Assembly (NCBI RefSeq): GCF_001194135.2
Contig: NC_068981.1
Coordinates: 4,387,745 to 4,451,744 of the forward strand
Origin: Octopus bimaculoides
Taxonomy: Eukaryota
Direction: 5' to 3'
DNA: 64,000 bases
Below, in pieces: positions 24,273 to 37,660 of the stretch. The stretch's first letter is position 1; each line of letters opens with the position of its first letter. Under the pieces are notes generated by a model. It worked only from the letters and a program-made list of their open reading frames with translations. It was not told the origin of the DNA and ran no database searches. A program made the position numbers and the translations under genes.

Positions 24273-24784
24273 AATGTCTACAATATTTTAAGTCCCTTTA
24301 TATTCTGAGTTCCTCACTTGGCTGTCCACTCTGCTTTTTGAACTTGTCTCCTGGGTTATTCAATACCAGTCCAATCTTTGTCACAACTCTATCTTTCCTT
24401 TCTCATCTGGGGCTTAATAAAATAAATACCAACCGTGTTCAGGGACCAATTATAAATATTACACTCCTCCTTACAATTTCTGGCTTTGGTTCAATACGAG
24501 AAATCAATCAATATTTGGCCTAGATTCTACCATAAATAAAGATTTTCCACATTTTTGTCTACATCCACAAATATTTTGTTTATGTCTGTCATTGTAACTT
24601 AAAGCTATTCTAGCAAAGTAAAAGAATGGCAAAGTTGGTCAGGATGCATATCCTAGGGACAACTTTGCCTTTCAACCCACCAGTCAAGCCCTACAAAACT
24701 GCTGGCCATGTGTATAAATACAAAACAACTGTAGTAGCAGTAGCAGTAGTGTCTGTTTGTATTCCTTAAGGTCTCTATTTTTTA

Positions 24785-25150
24785 TCTTGTTCCAGTCATT
24801 ACACTGTGGCCATGCTGGGGCACTGGCTTGAAGAATTTTTAGTCAAACAAATTGACCCCAGGGCTTTTTCTTTTTTTAAAGCCTGATCGTTATTCTATCA
24901 GTCTCTTTTACCAAACTGCCAAATTACAGGAATGCAAACACCAGTTGTCAAGCAGTAGTGGGGGACAAACACAGATACCTACATGCACACATATATTTAT
25001 ATATACATATATATTAAATGGGCTTCTTTCAGTTTCTATTAAAAAAAATCCACTCGCAAAGCTTTGGTCAGGCCAAGGTACCACACAGCTTGACTGAACC
25101 CAGAACCATGTGGTTGAGAAGCAAACTTCTTACCACACACCATGCCTGTG
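24785..25150 (-). mobile_element. SINE family A (diverged, internal deletion)
   Basis: Matches the family A tail and head. Confidence 0.65.
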
Positions 25151-25519
25151 TACAACTTATACCTTGTGTTCATGTGTATGGTTGTATCAGTACTAAAACA
25201 CTGTATATCAATTTCTATATTCTGGAAACAACTAAATAAGAAATTAACTCAACAGGGAGTTAGATTCAACAAAGCATACCCCTTCTCACGTCTCGTATGA
25301 ATTACATCAAATGGAAAAGTACTGTTCAAACAGTAAAGAAGTCAACTTTGAAGCTTTGATTTATCCGTGTTACCGAACAAAGTTAACAGATTAAATGTAG
25401 TAGCATTGCCACTGGGATGCTGGTAGAAGAGCATTATGGTAGCTCATTGTTGCTGTTGTTATTGTTGTCCATTATGACAAGTAATACAGTTGACAATGAC
25501 TGATTATTCATTTTTTCTT

Positions 25520-25734
25520 TTTTTCTACTCTAGGCACAAGGTCTGAAATTTTTGGGGAGGGGGGGGGCAGTTGATTAGATTGACCCAGTATGCAACTGGT
25601 ACTTAATTTATCAACCCCGAAAGGATGAAAGGCAAAGTTGACCTTGGCAGAATTTGAACTCAGAATGTAAAGACAGATGAAATACCATTAAGCATTTTAC
25701 CCAGCATGCTAATGTTTCTGCCAGCTTCCCGCCT
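25520..25734 (-). mobile_element. SINE family C
   Basis: Reverse complement of the 29595-29823 head and core. Confidence 0.75.
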
Positions 25735-25844
25735 TAATGACAGATTATTCAGACATGCACACGTCTTCAGACAGAACTGTGAACCCACCTCCCACCACAT
25801 ATATCTGGATATTAACTGATATAATATATAAACAGTCAGCACAC

Positions 25845-26142
25845 CAGTGCCATGTAAAAATCACCTGTACTGGTGCCACATGGAGAGTACCAGGCCTGGC
25901 ACGACATGTGAAAAGCACCTGTGCAGGTGCCACATGAGAAGCACCTGTGGTGGCACCACAAGGAAAGCACCAATACCAGTACCATGTATAAGGTACCTGT
26001 GCTGGTGTCACGTAAAATGCACCTGGTACACTGTGTAAAGTGGTTGGCGTTAGGAAAGGCATTCAACTGTAGAAACCATGCCAAAGCAGAAAACTGGAGC
26101 CTGCTGCAGTCCTCTAGCTTGCCAGCTTCTGTCAAACCATTC
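25845..26142 (+). mobile_element. RTE 3' end with short (~25 bp) tandem units
   Basis: Repeated GTGC(A/T)GGTGCCACAT...AGCACCT units followed by GTGGTTGGCGTTAGGAAAGGCATTC. Confidence 0.6.
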
Positions 26143-26149
26143 ATAAGGT

Positions 26150-26497
26150 GGTAATATGACACAGTAATGAAGAAGTTTTTTCCATTATTAGATGAGGAGG
26201 ATATTCTAGATAGCACACAACAACAAGGTGCTTCAACTACCTCTGGATGGAAAAAGTGCATCAATTTCTCTCCATTTGTACATTCATTTGGCAACAACAA
26301 TGCAGGAATCTCAAAATGAATTTATGCTCATTGCCAGATGCAAAGGAAGGTGAACATTTTGTGGCACTTTACAATTAGGAGTTTGTAACTTTATTGCACA
26401 AAAAGACTAACAATTAGCCTTGAGAAAAAGCGATATTTTTTTGTGTTTACCTCATTTGGCACACACATTCATGCAACCCTTCCCTGCTGTTCAAGGG
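26150..26497 (+). mobile_element. Probable piggyBac-type internally deleted remnant
   Basis: Reads DEEDILDS...GWKKCINFSPFVHSFGNNNAGI, which resembles piggyBac transposase N-terminal regions (from memory). Ends TCAAGGG|TTAA at 26491-26501. Confidence 0.4.
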
Positions 26498-27439
26498 TTA
26501 AAAAAGGAGTAACAAATTGAACAAGGGTGTCTATAAATGAAACAGTCATGTGTAGGACACCTCTGCTTGACGAAGGTTCATCTAGGACTAAATAATAGAA
26601 AAAACAACACACACACAGATTCACATACAAATTTTAAAATTTTGGTCAAGAAGTCTATTTGCCAACATGGTTTTGAGTTCCATCCCACTGCATGGCATCT
26701 TGGACAAGTGTCTTCTATTATAGCCCTGAGCCAACCAAAGCCTTGTGAGCATGTTTGGTAGACAGAAACTGAAAGAAGCTCATCATACATATTTATGTAT
26801 ATAACTGTATAATTATATCACATATTATTTATTCTCTGATTTGAAGCGACAATTTTTAAATATAAACAAATGACCAAAAAATGATGAGCTAACCCCAGGC
26901 AGAATCAAGCCCACAAATCAACACTTACGCAGCTCCTTGCACATCCAACTGACCAAACGCTCATCCATCAATTTCAGTTAATATACACTTAAACTGTCTA
27001 ATACTACATATAATATTTATAAACAAACCTGAAAGGCTTTGTAAGTTACAGAGAGAAAGCTACTATGGAAGATTCAAATCAGAATAAATATTATTATACT
27101 ATGAGTCTTTCATAGTAGCTTTCTCTCCATAACTTACAAAGCCATTTGGGTTTGTTTATAAATATTATGTTGCATTTATGTATATATATGTACACATGTA
27201 CATATATATGTGTATGTGTTAGTGTCCCTCATCTTGACATCACGATAGTTGTAAGCAAGTGTCAGTCATACAAGCAGTGTCGTTCATTTTTTAATCTTTC
27301 ATGAGAACATATCCGGTCATTGGGAAAATATTACCTAACTTGGAAACAAGTGAGAGTTAGTGACAGGAAAGGCATCGGATCAAAGAAAATCTACCTTAAC
27401 AAATCCATTCTGACTTATGCAAACATGGAGAAGTGGTAT

Positions 27440-27466
27440 TGGTGGTGGTGGTGGTGGTGGTGATGG

Positions 27467-27520
<54 letters not shown>

Positions 27521-27535
27521 GGAGGAGGAGGAGGA
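27440..27535. repeat. Compound (GGT)n(GAT)n(GAG)n microsatellite (tail of an RTE-tailed SINE module)
   Basis: Seen directly; preceded by the module GTGAGAGTTAGTGACAGGAAAGGCATC. Confidence 0.9.
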
Positions 27536-28339
27536 AACATTATGACAATTTTTGCCCAGTTTTCAGTTTCTTNNNNNNNNNNNNNNNNNNNNNNNNNNNN
27601 NNNNNNNNNNNNNNNNNNNNNNNNNNNNNNNNNNNNNNNNNNNNNNNNNNNNNNNNNNNNNNNNNNNNNNNNNNNNNNNNNNNNNNNNNNNNNNNNNNNN
27701 NNNNNNNNNNNNNNNNNNNNNNNNNNNNNNNNNNNNNNNNNNNNNNNNNNNNNNNNNNNNNNNNNNNNNNNNNNNNNNNNNNNNNNNNNNNNNNNNNNNN
27801 NNNNNNNNNNNNNNNNNNNNNNNNNNNNNNNNNNNNNNNNNNNNNNNNNNNNNNNNNNNNNNNNNNNNNNNNNNNNNNNNNNNNNNNNNNNNNNNNNNNN
27901 NNNNNNNNNNNNNNNNNNNNNNNNNNNNNNNNNNNNNNNNNNNNNNNNNNNNNNNNNNNNNNNNNNNNNNNNNNNNNNNNNNNNNNCACTACCACCACCA
28001 CCAACAACAACAACATAAGTACAAGAACATATTTTATGAAGATCAACTATAAATTGATCAAATTAAACCCTTTGGTAGTATTTGATACACTACACTAGCC
28101 AACTAACCTTATTATATATGTGGCCTCTGCCAGAAGTGTAGCCAGTTCACTAATTCGTATCTTTACTTCATTGGACACTAAACTCTGATGACGACGTATG
28201 TCTATAAAATGTCCATGTTGTCTTATGCAATTTCATTCAGATTTGATTAAGACCTCTGCTCTCTCTCTCTCTGCATCTGCACTAGATTCACCAAAGTTTG
28301 AAAAAGGATGAAGCTCTTTCCTGACTCAAAGGAAAGTTA

Positions 28340-28548
28340 GTTCCCAGTTTCTGTGGTGTATACTTTCCCCACCTGGATGGGACACTGGTCTGTTGCAGGG
28401 TGACTCACTTTTACCAGCTGAGTCAACTGGAGCAACATGAAAGGAAGTGTTTTGCTCAAGAACACAACACATTACCCGGTCCAGGAACTACAACCACAAT
28501 CTTACAATCATGAGTCCAACACCCCTAACCACTGAGCCACACAACTCC
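28340..28548 (-). mobile_element. SINE head type B (diverged)
   Basis: CAACATGAAAGGAAGTGTTTTGCTCAAGAACACAAC...CCCTAACCACTGAGCCAC. Confidence 0.6.
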
Positions 28549-29594
28549 ACTATGAATTCACTAAAAGCAATGGCTTAAGAATATACTTGACTGAAATGCT
28601 GCTAGTAAGCCTGTTATCCTGTCACTTGTAGAAATGTCCATAAACTACAGAAATGATGAAGACGTGTAGAATCCATATAAAAATCACTTTCTATTAACTT
28701 GATACACCAAATATCCAATTCTTTTTTTTCTACTCTAATACTTCAGGTTTCATTTCAATGGTACTTTCCATTGAAATCCTTTATATTTACATGTTGCAAT
28801 TCATCTAAACTTAGGGTTTCTATATTTGTGATTCTTCCAGTTAAATCACTGGTTAGGATAATAATCCTGTTCTGTCAGAGATATTGAACTATTTTCCTTT
28901 TTTTATAGATTATAAGTTTGCCATAAAGGAGAGAGTATTCACTGTCACAGAAATATCTGACTATTTAGTTTCCTCTATCACATAATGCAACAACGTATCC
29001 ACTATTCTAGATAATACATATCCATTAAATACAACCTGGCTAAGTTAAATACAGAAACAATTTATGTAGAATAAATATACTTTTTCAATCTCTTCTGCGA
29101 ACCAATCAAAGAATATCCAACAAAAAAAAATGGAGAAAACTAACTTTTGAGTGATATTTACAGAAGGAAAATATTCTATGTTGTCTGTTTAATGGTGCAG
29201 TGGTTTAGAAGTGGATTCTATGAACAGAGTGAACTTATGGAAGGAGCCAAAACGGTTAGAAAGACCAGTTATTTAAACAGTACTGATGATACAGCATGGG
29301 AGATTGTTTGGGAAGGAATGGTAGCCAACTTAGCCCTTCAGCATCTAAACTGACCATAACGAATGATTAATTCAAAAACAATAAGCATTACATAAGACAT
29401 CTGAATGCTAAAGGGTGTGGCAGTAAAACTACCCACAGCCACTGGTTCGGCACTTGTCAAATTAGACGGAGAGGTGGTAATTGTCTTCATGTAGCCAATG
29501 GTCACTGCTCTTTTTCTTTTTTAGTTACTATTTTCAACAGCAAATGTACATTGTGCATTTGTTCTTGAAACATTGATCAAGAATGGTGAATCTG

Positions 29595-29823
29595 GCGGCG
29601 AGCTGGCAGAAACGTTAGCACACCGGGCGAAATGCTTAGCAGTATTTCGTCTGCCGTTATGTTCTGAGTTCAAATTCCGCCAAGGTCGACTTTGCCTTTC
29701 ATCCTTTCGAGGTCGATAAATTAAGTACCAGTTATGCACTGGGGTCGATGTAATCGACTTAATCCCTTTGTCTGTCTTTGTTTGTCCCCTCTATGTTTAG
29801 CCCCTTGTGGGCAATAAAGAAAT
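29595..29823 (+). mobile_element. Intact young SINE family C with 16-bp TSD
   Basis: AAGAATGGTGAATCTG at 29579-29594 and 29824-29839; CpG-rich; GAGTTCAAATTCC B box; ends AATAAAGAAAT. Confidence 0.9.
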
Positions 29824-31164
29824 AAGAATGGTGAATCTGAATTGGAGGGGGGGTACCATCAGTGAATGTATTTCACTTGAAATATATGTTTTCAAAGGTA
29901 GATAGGCATCGACAGCCAGCAGGCCATGCTACTCTGGACTGATGATGAGCAATGACTCTGAAACTAGTCTCTGGATGCTGGCTTTGTTGGGTGGAGGTGC
30001 TTATCTCCACTTTGAAAACATAAGGACATAGGAAATGGTGTTTCCTAGGGCTAAATAACAGTAGCATTCTTCCCTTTTATGGGACTGTCACATTAAGTTG
30101 ACAACATACTATCACTTTATCGTGCTGCTACTGCATAAATCTCTCTGAGAGATTTCGAAATTTATTATTTCTATTGGTTTCAAATGCTTGGGTTAGGGTT
30201 AGCCAACAAGTTTTGGGGGAGGGGTTAAGTTAATTACATCACCCCGTGCTCAACTGGTACTTAATCTACTAACCCTGAAAGGACGAAAGGCAGAGTTGAC
30301 CCTGGTAGCATTTGAACTCAGAATGTAAAGATAAATGAAATGCTTGCAAGCACTTTGCCCAGCATGCTAGTGATTCTGCTGAGGATAACATATAACATGG
30401 TATGTTTTTAAACGTGGGTTAAAGAACACAGCTGTTTTGTAATTATGAACATCATAATTACTTTGTAGTAGCTGTGTAATTTCTAATAATTGGCCACAAA
30501 ATCATTTATTTAAATGACAAAATCATTTGTTTTAATGAATCAACATGAAAAGATTCTATAATGATACTGGATGTGAAATATTTCTAAGTTGGTATCTTCC
30601 AAAATATACAAGATTAAATTACAGAGAAAGTGTTTCAATTACAAAATGCTTTGAAATGTAAGATTAAAATATCTCAGTAATAAGCTTCCTAAATGGCTAA
30701 TGTTAACAATATGGTTATTATTTCATGTTGCATACACTTCTCCATCAGACATGTCTGGAACCTTAGAATATCAGAAGACTTAGTGATATATTATGATCAC
30801 TGTCTAATAACCAATATAATTTGAAAGAAACTTCATCAGTGGCTGAGTTATCAGTTTGTTTATAATACATAATTAAGCATTTAATAGTTTAAAAATTCTT
30901 TCTAGTAAAGGCCTGAAATTTTGGGAGAGGTGGGGGAGCTAGCTGATTACANNNNNNNNNNNNNNNNNNNNNNNNNNNNNNNNNNNNNNNNNNNNNNNNN
31001 NNNNNNNNNNNNNNNNNNNNNNNNNNNNNNNNNNNNNNNNNNNNNNNNNNNNNNNNNNNNNGGTGCTCAACTGGTACTTATTTTTATCTGTACTGAATGA
31101 AAGGATGAAAGGCAGAGTCAAGCTCAGCAGAATATGAACTCAAGTGTCATGTAACTCACACCCA

Positions 31165-31528
31165 TGCTGGTGGCAGTTAAAAAGCACCTTTTGAACATAA
31201 CGGCTGAGCTCCTTTCGAGTGTTGAGCCTCACGGAGGCAATCACCAAGACCTTTGGCATTGTTATGTTATGTTCAAGAAGAAGACCCATCAAGCCGAGCA
31301 AAATTGCAGTCATAGCAGATACTGGTATCATGCAAATGGCACCTGTGCTGGTGGCACATAAAAGCACCCATTACACTCTCATAGTGGTTGGCATTACGAA
31401 GGAGATCCAGCCATAGAAACATGCCAAATCAGACTGGAGTCTGGTGCAGCCTTTCAGCTTGCCAGCCCTGGTCAAACTATCCAATCTATGCGTGCTTGGA
31501 CAACGGACATTAAATGATGATGATGATG
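31165..31528 (+). mobile_element. RTE 3' end (older subfamily)
   Basis: GAAGAAGACCCATCAAGCCGAGCAAAATTGC (also at ~7065) followed by the conserved terminus and (GAT)n. Confidence 0.65.
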
Positions 31529-33439
31529 AACGTAAAGAGCAAGAAGAAATGCCGCTAAGCATTTTTCCAATGTTCTAACAATTCTGCAAGCTCGCTGAAT
31601 GAAGCTATAACAGTTTACCATATTACACTCGCTGCTATTCACCTCCTATCCATAGGCTTGGGAACAGGGGGTGCAAGCACAGCCCCCCAAAAATTTGTAG
31701 GGGGGTAATGAAAACACTTTGAACATCCTCCAGAAAAACTTCATTGCCAAAACAAATGAGTGTAGAAACGTTTTTGGGATGATTTGAAACATTACTTTTC
31801 TGTTATTGGATTTATCTGATTGGATTGATGTGTAAATATGTTAATAATTGTTATTATTATTTTTGTAATAGCTGTATTTGATTTGATATTAAGACAGAAA
31901 AAAAAAATCGACCTTGCTTGTAAAAAAATTTGGACCTGGGTTTGCACCCATCATGAGGGTACATCCTCACATCTCTTCATCACTACTTTATCTCTTCTTC
32001 CAGCTCCACTCTGACCACTTCTTCTACATTGTGAGTAACCATGCAGTACTTCTACAGCAAGAAACTGGTTCTCTTTTGAACCCTCCTCTCTTGCTTTAAC
32101 CTCTCATTCTGTAGTATAAAGCTACCTCCCACCCTGAGTCATACTCAGTCAAAGACCCTCCTGCTTCAGGCTGTATGGCACCTTAGCCAAGTGTCTTCTA
32201 CTATAGCCTTGGGCTGACCAAAGCCTTGTGAGTGGATTTGGTAGACAAAAACTGAAAGAAGCCCGTCATTATATATATGTGTGTGTGCGTGTGTGTATTT
32301 TCCCACCACCACTTGACAACTGGTGTTAGTGTGTTTACATCCCCATAACTTAGTGGTTCAGCAAAAAATTATGAGAAATGGATGATAAGTTGATGTGGAG
32401 CGTTTCATGGTTAAATTAACATTAGATTAATTGAAAATAGATAAATAGTAAGAAAATATCAGGATAAGAAAAACTGTCATTATTGATATTTATTTTTATT
32501 ATTTCTGATTGTCAAACTAACATCAAAGAGCAAATAAACCCAACTTAATTTGGCCCTAAATCACAGATTCTCTGCAACAGCGAGACCACCCCTGGTCCTG
32601 TGATACAAACTTCCTATTTTAAAGTGATCTAAATTATAACCCTTCACCAAAATTTCATGTTAATTTATGTCTCAAATACCAGCTTCATAATGACAAAGTT
32701 ATTTTCCTATATTCCTTCTTGTTTTTGAAATTGATTGAAATAAAGAGGGTGTATAAACACAGACAGAGGGGACGAAGTGGTCAAGAAGAAACCAAATAAA
32801 TTATCAGACATACAATAAAACATCAACGATTTCAACTGAAATATTGTAAAAAGAAAAGTGCTGAGAATCTGGTGTAGCTCTTCTCCACCAGGTCCCAAAG
32901 GTATATGGCCAGGAGTGAGTCTAGAGGAGTATTTAAACATTAGTATATAAGATGCAACGTCCATACTTGTACTGTTGGTTATTATAATAACAAAAGAGTT
33001 TGTACTGAATGTCATATGTCAAACACGGCAGCCTGTGAACAATTTACACCAGTCACATAAAGAAGAAATTTCTTAAATATTTGCTCAAGTTTCACAATAA
33101 AGTAGTCATGCAAGCAATTCTGAAAACATGTGGTCCTTCACCCGATGGCAGATTTTTTTTCCTTTTCTGTGTAATCAAGCACTCTATATTGAACTGCTAG
33201 CTCTATTAAATAGTATAGATCACATGATCATCAACTAGAGTCACATGACACAGCATGTAAAACTTGTAATATTACAATAACGTCAATGTTATAGCAAAAG
33301 GGAAAAAATGAAAACTGGGATTTTTTGGACAGATTTAAATTGAATAAGTGAGAGGATACAATGTCCTTTGTCTAAATAATAAATGCAGAAGTAAATGATG
33401 CAAAAGTGATCTATTTCTTGTCATCTTGATAATAACAAG

Positions 33440-33645
33440 AGTTTCAAAATTTGGCACAAGGCCAGCAATTTCGGGGGAGTGGGGTAAGTCGATTACATTG
33501 ATCTCAGTACTCAACTGGTATATATTTTATCCACCCCAGAAGGATGAAAGATAAAGTCAACCTCAGCAGAACTTGAACTCAGAACAGACTAAATGCTGTT
33601 AAGCACTTTGCCCAAAGTGGTAACATTTCTGCCAGCTCACTGCCA
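33440..33645 (-). mobile_element. SINE family C
   Basis: Reverse complement of the family C core and head. Confidence 0.7.
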
Positions 33646-33736
33646 TGTTGTTGAATGATGATGATGATGATAAGAAGAAAGTAATGAAACACATTGTACA
33701 TACACATATACAAACACATATTTATCATACATCACA

Positions 33737-33810
<74 letters not shown>

Positions 33811-34021
33811 TTGTTTTAATGTCACTTTTCCATGCTTTCATGGATCAGACAGGATTCATTGATGTAGATTTTCTACAGCCAGATGCCTTTCCTGTTGCCA
33901 ACCCTCACCTGTTTCCAAGCAAGGTTATATTTCCCCAAGGTTAGATATGTTTCACAGAATATTGGGAATGAATGACAGTGACAACTATTTACCAGTGTCA
34001 TGTATACATATATATATATAT

Positions 34022-34197
34022 CGTGCGGGTGACACGTAAAAGCACCCACAACACTCTCTGAGTGGTTGGCGTTAGGAAGGGCATCCAGCCGTAGAAACTC
34101 TGCCAAATTTAGATTGGAGCCTGGTGTAGCCATCCGGTTTCACCAGTCCTCAGTCAAATCGTTCAACCCATACTAGCATGGAAAGCGGACATTAAAC

Positions 34198-34230
<33 letters not shown>
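34022..34230 (+). mobile_element. RTE 3' end, young
   Basis: Near-consensus terminus with a long (GAT)n tail. Confidence 0.8.
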
Positions 34231-34231
<1 letters not shown>

Positions 34232-34404
34232 TGATTTGAAGACACACAAACATCAAATACACACACTCACAAAGCTTTGGTTAGCCCAGAGCTATAGTGA
34301 AGGATACTTGCCCAAGGTGCCACACAGTGGGACAAAACCCAAAACCATGTGATTGTGAAGCAAATTTCTTAACCACATGGCCATGTCTCTATATATAGAG
34401 ACAC

Positions 34405-34812
34405 GGATGGAGCTACAGGTACAGACATGATTATGTAGTTAAGAAGCTTGTTTTCCAATCATATGGCCTTGAGTTCAGTCCCATTGCATGACATCTTGGG
34501 CAAATGTCTTCTATATGTGGCCATAGTAAATGGAAACTGAAAGAAACCTGTTGTATGTGTGTGTGTGTATATGTTTATCCTCATCTGTCAATAGATATTG
34601 TGTGATGGTTGTAAATGTGAGGTTGTTCATTTGCAACCTTTTGTGAAAAAATGTCTAGCAATGGTAAAATACAACTCTGCTTGGGAAACAGGTGAGGGTT
34701 AGTGACAGGAAAGACATCTGGTTGTAGAAAATCTGCCTTAACAAATTCTGTCTGAGCCATGCAAGCATAGAATAGTGGATGTTAAATGGAGATGATGATG
34801 ATGATAATGATG
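34405..34812 (+). mobile_element. Chimeric SINE: family A head plus RTE-like 3' module
   Basis: Family A head, (GT)n, then GGAAACAGGTGAGGGTTAGTGACAGGAAAGACATC...CATGCAAGCAT...(GAT)n. Confidence 0.7.
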
Positions 34813-35167
34813 AAGACAGACAGACAGATATAGACTCTAGATATGCGAATAAATATGACCGTATTCTTAAATTTTACTGAAACTCCTGAAAACCAATTTG
34901 GTTTCATTACGATTTTCTTCTAAATTAAAGATTAAAGATAATAAAAGGGACCAATAAACCAGGAAGGCAACCCAAGCTAAGACTCCTTAAATTTTAGGTA
35001 AAATGCATTATCAGATATTGTTGATTATGAGCAATGAAATTGAAAAGGAGTTATAGACCATGAGACCAATAACTAAATACAATAAACTGGTAATGAAAAG
35101 GGATTAAAATGTCTGTACTAATGGCAATGATGACCTTAATACCTTTTAGTATTGAAGTTTTATCTCA

Positions 35168-35543
35168 ATAGGTGCAGGCAAGGCCATGTGGTTAAGAAAT
35201 TGCTTCCTAGCCACATGGCACTTTGGGTCCAGTCCCACAGCATGGTGCTTTGGGTGGCAGTCTTCTACTATAACCCCAGGCCAAACAAAGCCTTGCAAGT
35301 GGATTTGGTAGACAGAAACTGAAAAAGACCATCGTGTGTGTGTGTGGGGGGGGGGTCTACTCTTGGCATTGTGTGACAGTCATTGAGTGTCCTTCGTTTC
35401 CAATATTCTGCAAAAACATGTCTGGGCAAGGGGAACCGGTCAGGATTGCAAGCAGGAAAAGCAGCCAGTCGTATAAAATCTGCCTCAATAAACTCAGTCC
35501 AGCCATACAAGCATGGAAAAGTGGATGTTAAAACAATGATGAT
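35168..35543 (+). mobile_element. Chimeric SINE: family A head plus RTE-like 3' module
   Basis: Same architecture as 34405-34812; also seen at 40640-41068(-), 42322-42780 and 59262-59695. Confidence 0.7.
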
Positions 35544-36612
35544 GAAGTTCTATCTCTCCTCTTAAAACTATTCTTACACTTCTGGATCAAACTGCTCATA
35601 CATTCCTAATCTAACAATACAATATTGCAAAATACTCTCTATCTCTCTCTCTCTCTCTACCTCTCTCTCTCTACCTCTCTCTCTCTACCTCTCTCTCTCT
35701 CTCTCACACACAGAGTGCAAGACTAAATCAAAATGCAAAACGATTATGCATTGCTGTCTTTCCCAAAATATTAAATATACATAGAACAATAAAACTCTAA
35801 TGTAATTCTGAACAAACTTTGCATTTCTAAGGTTACATCATAAAATTCATCTGATAGTACACAATAAAATAGATTTCAAATATCAAACTGAAATAGTAGA
35901 ATTTATGAGAAAATGAAGAAAACAGAGTGGGTTAGCAGAAAAATGAGTTATTGCTAAGTAAATGCATCAAATATAGATTCCAAGAAGACCAATGACGAAA
36001 GATTGAGAAATATGTAAATGAACCTATTTATGAAGTTCTACCACGGATTATCTTCCTGCTTTATATATTTGTGTAATTTATTTATAAATGCTTTGATGCC
36101 TAAAGCACTATTTGTCTATCCTTAATTCTATCTTTATTCTGATTAGCTCGACCAGTGTGTGTTTCATACTTTGTTTAACTGGATTACATCTCCCACAATT
36201 AAGACGTTGGATCCAAGAAATTCAATCTGGACCAAGCAATCAGTTGGTCTGTATCTATTTTATGCTTTATTGACATATTCTTACCCACTGTAAAAGAGTA
36301 CTTTATTAATGATATGTCTCTAAGTGAATTCAGTTATAAATAACTGTTTATAATAATAAAGTGGATTAAAAACCTCTTGGGTGGAAAAAAAAAAGTCAAA
36401 AAGCTTCCCGTGGGACTTGAACCATGCAACATCTATAAACCAGACATATGTGCTACAAATTGCACTGAAGTAGTCTCTTGTCTTTCTTTCATCAATAACT
36501 AAATTACAAGAGGCTGGTAATGTCTTTAATAATGATTTTAATATATTCTAATATCAAAGTTTTCCATCCAAGGATTTGTTTTGAAGCCAATGTATTAGTT
36601 TCAAATGAGAAA

Positions 36613-37037
36613 GCAAGCATCGTTAGCACACCAGGCGAAATGCTTAGTGGCATTTTGTCTGCCGCTATGTTCTGAGTTCAAATTCTGCCGAGGTCAACTT
36701 TGCCTTTCATCCTTTCGGGGTTCATGAAATAAGTACTAGTTAAGCATTGGGGATCACTGTATTCGACTGGCCCCCCTACCCCAAAATTTCAGGTTGTGTG
36801 CCTTTAGTAGAAAGGAATATATTAGTTTCAAATTCTGGCACAAGGTCAGTCATTCTAGGGGAGGGGTTAAATCTATTACATCAACCCCAGTACTCAACAG
36901 GTACTTATTTGAACAACCCCAGAAGGACAAAAGACAAAGTCAACCTCAGTGGAATTTGAACTCAGAATAGAAACCGAGAAACGAAATGCCACTAAACATT
37001 TTGCCAGGTGCAGCAACGATTCTGCCAGTTTGCCACC
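36613..37037. mobile_element. Tail-to-tail inverted pair of family C SINEs
   Basis: 36613-~36815 on plus and ~36830-37037 on minus, both homologous to 29595-29823. Confidence 0.75.
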
Positions 37038-37660
37038 AATATATTATAAGCTATTATTTATAGTTGAACTCATTACAAGACACATCTTTAATAAAGACTT
37101 ATTTGCATAGTTTCTGATGTCAACTGTAAAATGTGTTCAGTTTTGCTTACGTTTTCAAAACCAACTGAAATGGTTTATAGTGAACAGGAATTAATTAATA
37201 CTGAGATCCTATCTACATGAAGGAACATACAGAATGTACCACATCTTCAATTTATTGATTAATGAAGATATTTTAAGATCTTAAATAATTACTACATTAA
37301 TTATTAAAGCATATTAATTAAATGAAGTCTTATATGATATTATTATAACTACATAAAATATCTCAAAGAGGTTTGGTTTAACCCTTTAGTATTTTTATTG
37401 CAATACGTAACCTTTGTTTCAATTAATTTTGAAAATAATGAAGAATTTAGTGAAATAATTTTATCATAATTAAGCTGGCGTTTAGAACATAAAATTAACA
37501 TGAAATTTTGATGGCAAGTTTTCATTGAGATCACTTTAAAACAAGAAGCTTGTATGGAAGCAGGAGTAAATCTCAGGCTGGTTAGTATCAAATGGACTGA
37601 AGATCATTGGAGAAGAAAGCACACAGTTTTATTATTTATCATCATGGCTATTATTTATTA

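Noticed and set aside
24317-26990. Minus-strand exon-like segments (VVTKIGLVLNNPGDK at ~24320-24400, TFPFDVIHTRREKG at ~25271-25317, MDERLVSWMCKEL at ~26929-26968)
   Set aside because: Good-looking donors, but the phases do not join the 20952 exon, and acceptors are weak or preceded by stops.
36402-36475. tRNA-like sequence on the minus strand (GGTTCAAGTCCC B box, T-run end)
   Set aside because: The acceptor and anticodon stems do not pair properly. At most a decayed tRNA or SINE head, not a functional tRNA.
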